From the IMG/VR virus record IMGVR_UViG_3300028592_000014, positions 1 to 54,406 of that record: a DNA stretch of 54,406 bases, one strand, 5' to 3'. The DNA is from a virus (taxonomy: Duplodnaviria > Caudoviricetes). Below the pieces are notes generated by a model. The model was not told where the DNA came from, ran no database searches, and worked only from the letters and a program-made list of their open reading frames with translations. Positions 7,623 to 17,862 of the stretch are shown here, piece after piece. The translations under genes were made by a program, and so were the position numbers. Within the stretch, counting starts at the first letter, position 1; every line of letters starts with the position of its first letter.

Positions 7623-9389
7623 TTACCTCGTCGGTTGGTTAAATGCATTCCACAGCCCGAGCCCTGCCATCGCCCCGCCGAGCACGTTGCCCGTCTGGTT
7701 CTGGTAAAGCGGCTGGCTCTGCGTATTCGAGTTGTTCAGCCCCGTGTATTGGGACAACAAACCGCTTACATCCTTCAGGTTCCCCATCGAATACTGATCC
7801 TGTTGTTGCCCGATTCCATACGCTTGCCCCAGCAGCCCATTGGACAGACCTATGCCGGCAATCTGGTTCTGACTGTTGAGCCGGTTCGTATCAGCCTGCA
7901 GTTGCGCGTTCGTGATCGCGGTTTGATACTGCTGCCCGCCGAGCCCTGTCATCGCGGACAGTGCGCGGTTGCGGTCGGCGTCGTACGCACCGGCCTGTGC
8001 TGATACGGCCGCATCGGTGTTGTTCTGGCCGAACTGTGTCGCCGCCCTGGTCAAGTTGCTGGACAGGTCAGACAGTGCCCGGCCTTCCGCGATGCCCTGC
8101 CGGTTGCCTCCGAGGGTGTTGTTCATCACCGCGCCACCACGGATGTTCCCGAGAAGGTCCGTGGTCGCCTTCGTCGCATCCGTCATGTAGTTGCCGAATG
8201 CGTTCGTGGACTGGTTAATGCCCTTCTGGATCGCGCCTGTCAGATAGGGGTTTGCGCCGGCCTGACCGTAAATCATGTCCTGATAGGCAGGCGAGAGATT
8301 GAGATTGTTCTGACTCGGTGCGTTGACCTGGGGCGCGCTGATGTTGCTGCCCTGCAGCCCCTGCGCGGCCTGCTGATTTTTGCGGAACGTGTCCGGTCCC
8401 CAATCGTTCAGGTAGTCATCGATATTGGCGCCGAAGTTCGCCATACCCGGCGCTTGCTGCTTTCCGGACTGTGCCATGATCTGATTCAGGATTCCACCCT
8501 GCCCATAAACGTATGGGTCCATGCGCGGGTCCATCTTATTCTGACTTGTGGACGTGAGATTGTCCGGACCGCTGCTGCTGCCGCCGAGCAGGCCGCCAAG
8601 TAGGGCGCTGCCGCCCTTGCTGGTTGCGAAGTCGAGCGCCTTGCCCCACATGTCGCCGCCAGAGCCAAATAAACTATCCAAACCAAACATAGAACCTCCT
8701 GTTGTTCCAAGTCCTGCAGTTGTTGCGCCTGCCAATCCAGTGCCAAGCGCACCACCGCCGCCAGCCGTTCCCATAAGGGAGCCGACACCCGCCGTTGTCG
8801 CGCCATAGGTGCCGCTGCCCAAAGTGCCAAGGCCGCCCGCTGACGTTGCCCATGGCGCTGCTGTACCTGTTGCGGTCATGCCGCCAGCAGGAAGCGCGGC
8901 GAACCCTCCGGCGCCCTCTGCCGCCCCTGCCGCTGCTCCTGCGCCTGCACTACCTGCGCCCATAGCCGCAGCACCGCCAAACATCGCCATCAGCGCCGGC
9001 ACAACGACCGGCAATTTCCCGCCGATCTTGTCCGTCAGCCCATTGTGAAAAATGGACTGCTTTTGTGTCGTGCCGTCTTTCGATATTTCGGTGTAGTTCT
9101 GGCCGCTGCTGCCGGGGTTGTACATCCCGGTACTGCCGTTTCGGTTTTCAAACTGGTTGAAGGTCTGCCGCGTGGGGTCGAACTGAAAGCGGCCAGCGCC
9201 CGGAATGTCGTAGGTGCGGTAGGTAGTTTGGTTACTGTTGAGAAGGCCGCTTAGAGGTCCGTACTCATTGGCGCCGTAACCATATACGCCGCCTTGCGAC
9301 GATAAGCCGCCCTCGTCCGTGTAGAACCGATCTTCAAGCGACTTGTTGGAGCCAATGTAGTTCAGCAGATCGTCGTAACTCAGTGCCAT
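7623..9389 (-). CDS. Gly/Ala-rich internal virion (pilot/ejection) protein
   Basis: Composition, ANPYL motif, synteny. Confidence 0.65.
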   Translation of the reverse strand: MALSYDDLLNYIGSNKSLEDRFYTDEGGLSSQGGVYGYGANEYGPLSGLLNSNQTTYRTYDIPGAGRFQFDPTRQTFNQFENRNGSTGMYNPGSSGQNYTEISKDGTTQKQSIFHNGLTDKIGGKLPVVVPALMAMFGGAAAMGAGSAGAGAAAGAAEGAGGFAALPAGGMTATGTAAPWATSAGGLGTLGSGTYGATTAGVGSLMGTAGGGGALGTGLAGATTAGLGTTGGSMFGLDSLFGSGGDMWGKALDFATSKGGSALLGGLLGGSSSGPDNLTSTSQNKMDPRMDPYVYGQGGILNQIMAQSGKQQAPGMANFGANIDDYLNDWGPDTFRKNQQAAQGLQGSNISAPQVNAPSQNNLNLSPAYQDMIYGQAGANPYLTGAIQKGINQSTNAFGNYMTDATKATTDLLGNIRGGAVMNNTLGGNRQGIAEGRALSDLSSNLTRAATQFGQNNTDAAVSAQAGAYDADRNRALSAMTGLGGQQYQTAITNAQLQADTNRLNSQNQIAGIGLSNGLLGQAYGIGQQQDQYSMGNLKDVSGLLSQYTGLNNSNTQSQPLYQNQTGNVLGGAMAGLGLWNAFNQPTR

Positions 9390-9398
9390 GTCGATTCC

Positions 9399-9647
9399 TT
9401 ATGCGATGAATACCCAGGCGTTATCCCTGCGGTGGTACAGGCCGCGCCCACTTCCCGGATTCCAATCTGTGCCGTCTGCATAGACAGCCATCCCGTTACG
9501 TGGCTTCTTCGGCTCTACGTGCAGCTCGCGCAGCCACATGAACGACTGCTGACCGCTCAACACCTCTTGCAGCCGCTGCAGTTCGGCCAATAAAAAAGCC
9601 GGCAAATTCGCCGGCTCCTGGGGAACAATCCCTGCTTGATAGTCCAT
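9399..9647 (-). CDS. Small virion-associated hypothetical protein (82 aa)
   Basis: ATG 9647 coupled to the upstream stop (TGATG); YADGTDWNPGSG. Confidence 0.7.
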   Translation of the reverse strand: MDYQAGIVPQEPANLPAFLLAELQRLQEVLSGQQSFMWLRELHVEPKKPRNGMAVYADGTDWNPGSGRGLYHRRDNAWVFIA

Positions 9648-11197
9648 CACCACATCCCTGTTTTCTGATACTCCAATAGATAGCTTTTCAGCCGCCATGT
9701 GGCTTGCTGCACCGTCTCGAACTTGATAGCGATGTACCGCCACTCTTCCGTTACATCCACTTTCGTGTCGGTTCCGATTACGAAATTGCGCGGCGTGCTC
9801 CATGTCACCGGCTTGCCGATGTCGTTATAACCGCCCACATACACACGCACTACATTGCCCGCCGCTCCTTCGATGCGCGGATAGACTGCGGAAACCAATT
9901 TGAAGTATTGAGGGTCGCCCAGGTCGAGACCAGTCCGCGCAACATAGGATTGAAAGTTCGTCTCATCGAACAGGCGCGAAGCATCAGCCAAGTAGAGCTT
10001 TCTCGCTGCGCTGGCGATCACCATGCGCTGTGATGCCTGGGTGTACTCGTTGTAATCGAACGGGTCGGTGTAACTGTCGAAGGGGTCAAGGCGCGAATCG
10101 AAGGAGTTCGTCACGATTGTGTCGATCACGCCGGAAGCCGCGTAATGGGCGCGGGGGAGATCGCGAATCGTCCAAACGTTATCTTTGTAATTCCACACCA
10201 GGGCGACATTCGGAACGCTCGCACCAAGGCGCGGGATGCATACCCACACCTCGTTCCGTGTTGGGTTCGTCGCCAGAAAAGAGCGGTCGTAATTGCTCGC
10301 ATCCATCGACGTTTGCAGCCAGCGGCGCATTTTCTGGTTAAGGATGCTTTCGATCCTCGATCCAGTATTCAGGAAAACATCCCCTTGGCCGAGCACGGCA
10401 TGCCCGAGGTCGAAGCGCGCAATACAGTTCACCGCCAGCGCCCCGGCCTGCTCGGAAATCGGTTCTGAGAACGCCCATATATCATTCCCGCCGACGTAGC
10501 TCATGCGGTAGATGGACGATTCCTTGTATAGATAGAAATGGTCGCCGATGGAAGCGCCATCGACCAAGCGCCCCTCTGTTTTCGACAGGTCTTGCACGAC
10601 GACATCTTTTGTTGCGTCCGCCGTGTCCCACGATGCAGGCACGGTTCCAGGCTCAGCAGGATGAGAAACCAGCACTCGATGCGGCTTATCGACGCCGGAT
10701 TCGATCAGGTTCATCGCCACCAAACTGAACTTGTGCTTGCGCATTGCCTTGCATCGCAGGCCATTCGTCCAATCTGGAAGATTGACGGCCCGGCCAGTCC
10801 CTGCCCATACCTGCGGCACGTCGACGCCATTGTTCAGAACGGCGACGCCGCCGATGTCCGTTCCCGTCCAGACATTTCCCGGCGTGGCCGAGTAATCCAC
10901 ATCGACACCGCCAGTTTGCCGCGTGATATTGGAATGGGTGTCGACCGAAACCGCGTACATCTTTTGAGCGCCGGCATAAATCCAGTTGCGCGCACCGGCC
11001 ATGCTGTACGGCAGGAGGAAATAAGGCTCGATTGGCGGTGCACCATAGATGACCTGATGTCCCCGCATGCGCTCGACGTAGCCATCGGCAAAGCGTACGT
11101 TCTTGCCGTCGCTCCATGCATTGGGCGGCAACTCATGCGGGGCGGCGTCACGAATGATGCCGATCGTTCCCAAGCCATCGACGGGGTAGGTAGCCAT
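9647..11197 (-). CDS. Tail nozzle / tubular protein B-like (P22 gp10-like role)
   Basis: 516-aa beta-rich protein, start coupled by TAATG, synteny. Confidence 0.7.
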   Translation of the reverse strand: MATYPVDGLGTIGIIRDAAPHELPPNAWSDGKNVRFADGYVERMRGHQVIYGAPPIEPYFLLPYSMAGARNWIYAGAQKMYAVSVDTHSNITRQTGGVDVDYSATPGNVWTGTDIGGVAVLNNGVDVPQVWAGTGRAVNLPDWTNGLRCKAMRKHKFSLVAMNLIESGVDKPHRVLVSHPAEPGTVPASWDTADATKDVVVQDLSKTEGRLVDGASIGDHFYLYKESSIYRMSYVGGNDIWAFSEPISEQAGALAVNCIARFDLGHAVLGQGDVFLNTGSRIESILNQKMRRWLQTSMDASNYDRSFLATNPTRNEVWVCIPRLGASVPNVALVWNYKDNVWTIRDLPRAHYAASGVIDTIVTNSFDSRLDPFDSYTDPFDYNEYTQASQRMVIASAARKLYLADASRLFDETNFQSYVARTGLDLGDPQYFKLVSAVYPRIEGAAGNVVRVYVGGYNDIGKPVTWSTPRNFVIGTDTKVDVTEEWRYIAIKFETVQQATWRLKSYLLEYQKTGMW

Positions 11198-13560
11198 TAC
11201 TGCGCAATCTCCACGTTCACAACCCGTAACTGCGGGGTAGTGGGGCCAACTGTTGTGCCGTAGGTGCTGCCGAGTAGGATCACGCGATTTCCGACGATTG
11301 CAGGCGGAAAGCCTGCCGGCGTCATATTTGGAACAGGGATGGTTCCGCGCACGCTTGCCGCGTCGCCACTGCAACGGATCACCGGCAATCCATAGCCGCG
11401 AGTACCGGGGTTCACCACATAGTCACCGCCCGGCAAGCGCGCCGCCATCCCGGTGCCGCCGCTCGTGATGGATGTCGCCATCGATGTGCCAAGCAGACGC
11501 GGGGAAGACGATCCGTAAGTAACGGCCGTTCCGCTAATCTTGTGCGGGATTGCCTTTAGCGACAGCGAAGACGATGTGCCTTCCTGCTGCACCGCAAGGA
11601 ATTCGGTGGTGCCTTGCGCCGCCACCATGCCCAAGCCATCACCGGACGAGGCCGAAGAAAAACTGTTGAACAGGATGCCCCCCGGAGTCAACACACCGCT
11701 GCTTTCGCTCAGGACGACAGCGCGGGAAATGCCGTTCTCGCCCGCATACCAGAGCAGGGCGGTATTAGCCGACAGCGGGAACAGGTGCGGATTGTGGCGG
11801 GTGGCGAGCGAGTCCGAGTAATCGAGGATTGGTTCTGCCGTGGCTTCAAGTTGAATATTCGTCCCCCACGTCACCGTCGTGCTTGCAATCGTAATTGCCA
11901 CGGCATTGGGGCCGGATTCATTCTCTGGCATGCCAGCCACAAGCACCTTTGTCGCGGACAACCGGCACGATGATTTCGGGCCTGATGTTCCATAATCAGA
12001 TGACAATCCCGATGCGGCAGGCGTCCCGATAGTGCAAGTCGTTCCGGCCACACTTACAACGACAGCATTCACCTGGTACGGGCTTGATGCCCCACTGTTG
12101 TAGATCACCAGGGCCGTGGAAGCCGTCAGCGGGTAGGTGGCCGTGCTTCCGGCAACGCTGTTTGACGTGATGATGTTGGCGGCAGTGCCGATCGTAATCG
12201 TCGCCCCGCTCACCGATAGCGCGATTGCCTTGGTGTTCGTGGAATTGATATAGCTGGCAACGTACAGCGAGCCGGTCAGTTGCGCGATTTTGGGCGAACC
12301 CTTGAAGTCTTCCCCACCCCATGCGGCTGCGATGGTGTCAGTCGTGGCAACAGGCGTGCCCACCGCGAGCGAGAACGCCCCAGCAGAGCCGGAAAGCGTC
12401 AGGACAACAGCCTTGCTTGTCGCGGAATTCTGACCATAAAAACAGATCGCGTGCGTGGCATCGACCTTGAACGCCTGGACGGGAACATCTCCGCTGGTCG
12501 AACTGACCGTGACTGGCGTCGTTACCGCCTTCCCTGTGTTGTCCACGACGAATGCAGCAAACCCGCTCGAACGCTTTGCGAAGTGGATCGATGTGTTGTC
12601 ATCCAGCGCGACATAAGACGCCAAGGCATCGCCCGAATACGTGCTGCTCAGTGTGGTGTCGATCGTGGTCGAACCCGGCTGCAGGTTCGTTCCCTCGATG
12701 CGCCACTTGCCGGCAGCGGTCGAATTGTCCTGCAGGTAGACGTGGGCGATGCCACCAGGAGCAACGCAGTTCTTACCGACAAGTGCGCCGGTGGAGTCGC
12801 GCCAGCCGACCGCGTAACCTCCCTCTGTGTTGTCGATGATTGCGAGCAAGCCCAGTGCTGTGGACGTCGTGACAATCGGGGCGGTCAGGCATTTGCCCGC
12901 TGCAGTCGTGGCGCACGGCCAGATTTTTGGGACAAAATCCGTCAGCGTCAGGTTGTCGGTTACGGTCGCGCCGAGAACCGAGACGTTCGCATATTCCCAA
13001 CTTGGCTGATTGCCGTTTGTCTTGAGAAACTTCCCCGCTTGGCCGGTCTGATCCGCCTCCCATGACGCTACCGTGCCGTTCGTGACCAGGATTTTGCGCC
13101 CGGATTGCGCAGGCAGCGCCGAACTGAATGCCAGTTGATCGATATAGTTTTTCGTGGCGTAAACCAAGCGGTATTCGGTGCCGGTATCGACCATTAAGAC
13201 CGGACAGCCGGCGATGATGTCACCATAGGCCAGCGCAGCACCGGAAACACTCTTGACAGCACGCGCACCGAGATTGGAAATGTTCATCGTGCAAGCGCCG
13301 GTATTCGTGCTCGACGGCAACCATAAGACGCCTGTACTCGCGCCATAAGCTGGAAGCGGCTCAGACGGATTCAGCGCGTAGGCGTTTTCCGTTCCTTGAT
13401 CGATGCCGCCAACCAGGACAGAGCCAGTAAAGCCGGGAAACGCCTTTTTCTGGACATCCTTGAGCAGCCGGATAAAGTCATCCGCCTCATATGCCGGGTC
13501 GGATCCATCCGGCAAATTCTGGTCGAGTCCGCTGATATAGTAAGTTTGCTCAACTGGCAT
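11197..13560 (-). CDS. Tail fibre / receptor-binding protein
   Basis: N-terminal anchor (ADDFIRLLK), GKFLKTNG linkers, Ser/Thr-rich beta repeats. Confidence 0.75.
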   Translation of the reverse strand: MPVEQTYYISGLDQNLPDGSDPAYEADDFIRLLKDVQKKAFPGFTGSVLVGGIDQGTENAYALNPSEPLPAYGASTGVLWLPSSTNTGACTMNISNLGARAVKSVSGAALAYGDIIAGCPVLMVDTGTEYRLVYATKNYIDQLAFSSALPAQSGRKILVTNGTVASWEADQTGQAGKFLKTNGNQPSWEYANVSVLGATVTDNLTLTDFVPKIWPCATTAAGKCLTAPIVTTSTALGLLAIIDNTEGGYAVGWRDSTGALVGKNCVAPGGIAHVYLQDNSTAAGKWRIEGTNLQPGSTTIDTTLSSTYSGDALASYVALDDNTSIHFAKRSSGFAAFVVDNTGKAVTTPVTVSSTSGDVPVQAFKVDATHAICFYGQNSATSKAVVLTLSGSAGAFSLAVGTPVATTDTIAAAWGGEDFKGSPKIAQLTGSLYVASYINSTNTKAIALSVSGATITIGTAANIITSNSVAGSTATYPLTASTALVIYNSGASSPYQVNAVVVSVAGTTCTIGTPAASGLSSDYGTSGPKSSCRLSATKVLVAGMPENESGPNAVAITIASTTVTWGTNIQLEATAEPILDYSDSLATRHNPHLFPLSANTALLWYAGENGISRAVVLSESSGVLTPGGILFNSFSSASSGDGLGMVAAQGTTEFLAVQQEGTSSSLSLKAIPHKISGTAVTYGSSSPRLLGTSMATSITSGGTGMAARLPGGDYVVNPGTRGYGLPVIRCSGDAASVRGTIPVPNMTPAGFPPAIVGNRVILLGSTYGTTVGPTTPQLRVVNVEIAQ

Positions 13561-13562
13561 GT

Positions 13563-14174
13563 TTATCTCGCTGTCATTGAGAGTGGGGAGCCGCTGAACG
13601 CTTCCCTGTTGTCTTCAGACTGGACTTGATCTTTCACGGAACCATACTTTGCTTCCCAGAGCTGCACGCGGGCGTCGTTCTTCATGAACGGCTCTGTTTC
13701 GCACAGTGCGGCGAATAGCAACAGATCGGGGGCATTGGTCGTGAACCAGTTGAACGTGTTGTCATCCGATAGCGGATCAAGACGACGGTAATAGGTGCCT
13801 TTCACCGTATAGCCGCTATCCGGGTAGGGGCCAAAAATGAAGCTGTTCGTCTCGCGCGCGATGAACTTCGGAAATCCGTCGCCGGAGCGCATGGGATAGT
13901 TCGCATATATCCACTCAGCGTCCTTTCTGACCAATGTCCGAACCGGAGCGAGTTCGATGCGTGCGTTCTTCAGTTCGACATAGCCAGCCGGGACCGCAAT
14001 CACACCCCCGGAAATGGTCGCGTTCAGGGCTGTTTCCATCGCCCTGATGCGCAAATCACGATAGATGCGCGCCTCTCCCATAGCGATGAAATCAGGGATG
14101 AATTCGGCGAGGTCCGTTCGCTTCATCCAGCGCGCAACGGCGGCTTTCAGGTCTGAATAATTCGCAAGGCTCAT
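13563..14174 (-). CDS. Head-tail adaptor / tubular protein A-like
   Basis: YSDLKAAVARW, FIAMGEARI, NW...APDLLLFAAL pattern; synteny. Confidence 0.75.
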   Translation of the reverse strand: MSLANYSDLKAAVARWMKRTDLAEFIPDFIAMGEARIYRDLRIRAMETALNATISGGVIAVPAGYVELKNARIELAPVRTLVRKDAEWIYANYPMRSGDGFPKFIARETNSFIFGPYPDSGYTVKGTYYRRLDPLSDDNTFNWFTTNAPDLLLFAALCETEPFMKNDARVQLWEAKYGSVKDQVQSEDNREAFSGSPLSMTAR

Positions 14175-14175
14175 G

Positions 14176-14508
14176 TCATACCCATTTCGATCTGACTTTG
14201 GCGAACGGCTTGCCCGGCACCGTCAACAGATGCGGTTCGTTCGACTGGATATAGAGCAGCGCACGGCGCACCTCGTCAACGTCCGGGGACAAGAGGTTGT
14301 AGCCGAGATTTTTCAATCTCACGATGTCACCCTCGTGAACGCTGCCGACATGAATCAGGCGATCGCCCCCCATGTAACGCCCGATCGAAGGCGAATCGTT
14401 CTGCGCACGCTTGTTGTCCTCAATGACGTCGGTGTTGTCATAGCGGGTGCGGACAATCAGCTTGTCGCTCTGCTCGTCGTAATGCGACGTTTGAACGATG
14501 TCGCTCAT
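14176..14508 (-). CDS. Hypothetical protein (110 aa)
   Basis: ATGA overlap with the upstream gene. Confidence 0.7.
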   Translation of the reverse strand: MSDIVQTSHYDEQSDKLIVRTRYDNTDVIEDNKRAQNDSPSIGRYMGGDRLIHVGSVHEGDIVRLKNLGYNLLSPDVDEVRRALLYIQSNEPHLLTVPGKPFAKVRSKWV

Positions 14509-14792
14509 TGCGTCAGTTCCGTGACGTGGAGGCTTCCACCGGCTGATGCTTGAACTGCCGACACCTTCTCGCCGGCGCCGATGCGGAACACCTCGGGAAT
14601 CCCTGCCGGAACATACACATCGCTGGTTGTGGCGGTTGGATTCTTGCCGATCTTGATATACGCGGCGCTGGTACAGATGACGCGCACGGTCTTGGTTTCC
14701 GCGCCCACGGCATTGGTAATCGTGCCGGCTGTTCCGGTATAGGCAACACTCTGATGCGTGCTTAGCCGGAAACTGGTTTCTTGACCTCGCAT
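14505..14792 (-). CDS. Small beta-rich virion protein
   Basis: AGGAG SD; position in head cluster. Confidence 0.7.
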   Translation of the reverse strand: MRGQETSFRLSTHQSVAYTGTAGTITNAVGAETKTVRVICTSAAYIKIGKNPTATTSDVYVPAGIPEVFRIGAGEKVSAVQASAGGSLHVTELTQ

Positions 14793-14810
14793 ATTCTTCT
14801 CCTGATGTGA

Positions 14811-14835
14811 GAAAGGGGCCGAAGCCCCTTCTTTT
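14811..14835. terminator. Intrinsic terminator hairpin
   Basis: AAGGGGC-CGAA-GCCCCTT with A/T flanks. Confidence 0.75.
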
Positions 14836-15421
14836 AGTAATCGCCCAGATTGATCCAGGTGATCGTGATGGTTCCGGAAATGGTCTGAGTGGCGTTTGCG
14901 TCCACATCCGTGGTTGTTGCATACGCCGTATTCAGGAACACATCTTTCGCCGTGCCGGTGCCGTCGAACTGCGCCGATGCCGCCAGTGCCGCAGTAACCG
15001 CCGCACCTGGAACATTGATCGTTGCTGACGATGTGAAGGCGGTAGACGGCAACAGGTCCACCATCGTGCTGCTCAGCGTGGTTGACGATGCTGCCGCCGT
15101 ACCGAGCGAGATAGCGCCGGTAACGCTGGCATTCAACGTGCTGGCAAGCGCGCTGGTCGTTTTCTGCTGCAGTCTTCCGATTGCCCCGAGAACGAGAATT
15201 CGCCCCTCTGGAAAGTCATAAATCTGGGTGCTCTGATACTCGGTGCCGTTGACGACGGTTTGACCAACGTTATCGAGCGTCAGAGTGGTTTTACAGATCG
15301 GGCCGAACTGTTCATGCTTGGCAGTCACCGAGCCGCTTGCCGGCTGTTTCGGTGCGCCGACGCTGGACTTGTTGTCCGTGAACTGAATCGACCCGTTGTT
15401 CTGATGGATTTGATGAGACAT
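14834..15421 (-). CDS. Capsid decoration-like protein
   Basis: GGAG SD, Thr/Ala-rich beta protein directly after the major capsid gene. Confidence 0.6.
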   Translation of the reverse strand: MSHQIHQNNGSIQFTDNKSSVGAPKQPASGSVTAKHEQFGPICKTTLTLDNVGQTVVNGTEYQSTQIYDFPEGRILVLGAIGRLQQKTTSALASTLNASVTGAISLGTAAASSTTLSSTMVDLLPSTAFTSSATINVPGAAVTAALAASAQFDGTGTAKDVFLNTAYATTTDVDANATQTISGTITITWINLGDY

Positions 15422-15478
15422 TTGATTCTCCAAAAGAAAGGGCCGCACGCGGCGGCCCCTGGTGGTGGGTTAGGTCGA

Positions 15479-16426
15479 TCAGCTTGTGGTCAGGTCGTAG
15501 ATACCAGCATGCGCGGCTTCGTTGCACATCTCAAGCGTGTATTCCACGAGGATTTGCTTGCGGATCGAGTCGCCGGTTTTCGCCAGATCGGAAGTGCTGA
15601 AGTCTCGCAGGGTGGAGAACTTCACATACTCCGGATCGAAGAAGTAGCACACATCGGTCGGCGCTTGACGGCACGGAACGAGACGGACCTCGTTGCCCAG
15701 CGGGTCGATATAGATGTCCACGCTGTTCACGACCTTCTTTTTGTCGCCGTCCGATGTCTTGGTAGACGAGCCGGAGAAGGTGGCGAACTTGCGCTTTTGG
15801 AACGCGTTCAGGATGCCCAGGGTTGGCGATCCACCGTTTGCCCAAGCCGAAGCAAGAACGGCCTCCACAAACGATTCCTGGAACACGCGTGCCGTGCCGT
15901 CGGTGTGGGCATCGCTGCCGTTACCAGCCGAAGCAGTCGCATCACCTGCAATGCTGGTATTGGTCTTGATCCACGCCTGTGCGCCTGCCACTTCGCGCGC
16001 CGTGCTGTCATTGCCGGCCACAAACGCATTGTTTTCAAGCAGGGCCGCCTCAACGTCCCGCTTGAGTTCCTTCATGCGCTTTTCCATCTGGTAGGCCATT
16101 TCAGAACGGCGTCCAGCCTTCGATACGCCCTCTTGCGTACCAGTCACACGCGCAACCTTGTCAGAAATCGCGGTGTAGTTGTAGATGCGGGCGGTAGGCG
16201 AGCTAGCATCGGTGGTCGCGTCGTCACCTTCGATCACGAAGTTCGCGCTATTCGGCGCGGCCAGCGAGTCCTTCTGCCATTCGTGCTTGGTGCCGGTGGA
16301 CTTGGTGCGGCCAATAGCCGTTAGAAACGGTGTTTCGGTCGGTGAGATGTCATAGATGATGTCGGACAAGTCCTCGCGGTTGCCAACGGCGTCATATGAG
16401 GAAAAGGTATCTGCGGGCTGACCCAT
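15479..16426 (-). CDS. Major capsid protein (DUF5309/SU10-like)
   Basis: GNREDLSDIIYDISPTETPF, HEWQ.D.L, KELKRDVE, LAKTGD, EYTLE. Confidence 0.92.
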   Translation of the reverse strand: MGQPADTFSSYDAVGNREDLSDIIYDISPTETPFLTAIGRTKSTGTKHEWQKDSLAAPNSANFVIEGDDATTDASSPTARIYNYTAISDKVARVTGTQEGVSKAGRRSEMAYQMEKRMKELKRDVEAALLENNAFVAGNDSTAREVAGAQAWIKTNTSIAGDATASAGNGSDAHTDGTARVFQESFVEAVLASAWANGGSPTLGILNAFQKRKFATFSGSSTKTSDGDKKKVVNSVDIYIDPLGNEVRLVPCRQAPTDVCYFFDPEYVKFSTLRDFSTSDLAKTGDSIRKQILVEYTLEMCNEAAHAGIYDLTTS

Positions 16427-16450
16427 GATAAAACTCCTATTAGTTAAGAT

Positions 16451-17509
16451 TTAAACTTTGTTGGTAGCGAGCAGGTAATCTCTAATGCCCTGTTTGCCAC
16501 CTGATTTGACGATCTTGGTTTTGAGGTTGCGGACGGTCTGCTGCTCGCGGTTCGACTCTGGGGCCTGTCCGGGTTTAACCAGCTTTGGCGCAGTGCGAAC
16601 CTTGTTTTCAACGACCTTTTTCGACTCCTGCAGTCGGTCGTACAGCATGGCTTTGCGCAATGCAGCAACGTGAGCACTGCGAGCGATGGAATCCAGTTCA
16701 TGCGGCTCAAAACCTGCCTTGAGACCCCACTCTTTGATTTCCTTGCGCTCCTTCTCCGCAGCTTCTGCGCTCTTCCACTCGGGAATGACTTGCACGAGCT
16801 TTTCGCGCTCTGCCGCTAGAAACTCCTGCAATTGCGCTTGTCGCTGCTGCTGTTGCTGCTCGCGCTCGGCTTGAACGGTCTGCGCGGCCTGTTGAAGGCT
16901 GGCCTTGCGTGCATTCAGGTCGGTCAGCCGCGCCGAGTATTCGCCAGGGTTTTCAGCCCGCAGACGTTGCCAGTCGATCGATTGAAACTCGCGGGTAAGC
17001 TCCTGGTCAGCCATACCAATCAGCCTATCCAGATGCTCGACGCGAGCCGTAGCAGCCTGATCGACCTCAGCCATGCGCTGCTGTAGCGCCCGCTTTTGCT
17101 CTGCAACACTTCGTGATTCGTTATCGACATGCCCCCGGAGCTGGTAGGACTTGATGAGGTCATCGAACTTGGCAGTGCCGTCCTTGCCGTCGATCTTCGT
17201 TTTGATGACTGCATTGCCGTCGTCGTCAACGTCAAAAGCGGACTCATCAACACCGAAGAGCTTTGCAAGCTCGTTGGTTGTCATCTGCGGTTCGTCGACC
17301 TCACCCGGTGCATCAACTTGCGGGTCGTCGTCGTCTTGCTCTGCAGGTTCCGCAGGGTTGGGCGACTCTTGCGGCGTATCGTCATTGCCGCTTTCATCTG
17401 CCCTTGCTTGCGGTTGTGGTTGTGCTGGGGCTTCCTCTGCAGCTAGGAAATTCTCCAGCCGCTCGGAGATACTTGCGCCGGCATCGCCGGTAGGGTTCTC
17501 AACGGGCAT
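16451..17509 (-). CDS. Capsid scaffolding protein
   Basis: Acidic N-terminus, coiled coil, KAMLYD; directly upstream of the major capsid gene. Confidence 0.85.
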   Translation of the reverse strand: MPVENPTGDAGASISERLENFLAAEEAPAQPQPQARADESGNDDTPQESPNPAEPAEQDDDDPQVDAPGEVDEPQMTTNELAKLFGVDESAFDVDDDGNAVIKTKIDGKDGTAKFDDLIKSYQLRGHVDNESRSVAEQKRALQQRMAEVDQAATARVEHLDRLIGMADQELTREFQSIDWQRLRAENPGEYSARLTDLNARKASLQQAAQTVQAEREQQQQQRQAQLQEFLAAEREKLVQVIPEWKSAEAAEKERKEIKEWGLKAGFEPHELDSIARSAHVAALRKAMLYDRLQESKKVVENKVRTAPKLVKPGQAPESNREQQTVRNLKTKIVKSGGKQGIRDYLLATNKV

Positions 17510-17520
17510 CTCACTACTCC

Positions 17521-17549
17521 AAAAAATGAAGCCCGCTCAATGGCGGGCC
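17521..17549 (-). terminator. Intrinsic terminator
   Basis: GCCCGC/GCGGGC stem plus T-rich tail on the minus strand. Confidence 0.65.
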
Positions 17550-17574
17550 TCGGGTTGAAAATCGGTGTGGTTTT

Positions 17575-17862
17575 CTATCGGATAAAGCGGCGCAATCCGC
17601 GCGCCTTTTCCAACTCTTTGATCTGGATATCTGCAACCTCTCCGTCCTCTACCTTGCGCGTGACTTCACGCTTAACGGCCTGAAGCAGCTGCTTGGAAAT
17701 GATGATGCGCTGCGCCTTCACCGGATCGTCAGGACTGCAGGAAAGCGTGGCTTGATTCAGGTATTCATCCACCGCATCGAATGCTTCCTTAAACAAGGGA
17801 TTCTCAAGCAGTGCCCGCGCATCCTGTCCGCGCAACTTTCTATGTTCTGGTGTCTGTGTCAT
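17575..17862 (-). CDS. Hypothetical protein upstream of scaffold
   Basis: ARALLENPLFKEAF; ATGA coupling. Confidence 0.75.
   Translation of the reverse strand: MTQTPEHRKLRGQDARALLENPLFKEAFDAVDEYLNQATLSCSPDDPVKAQRIIISKQLLQAVKREVTRKVEDGEVADIQIKELEKARGLRRFIR

Noticed and set aside
8560-8990. Gly/Ala-rich low-complexity tract as a DNA repeat element
   Set aside because: Explained by the amino-acid composition of the ejection protein.
9399-14922. Extended ORF-track starts (9803, 11374, 14922)
   Set aside because: They overlap upstream genes; coupled ATGs at 9647, 11197 and 14508 fit better.
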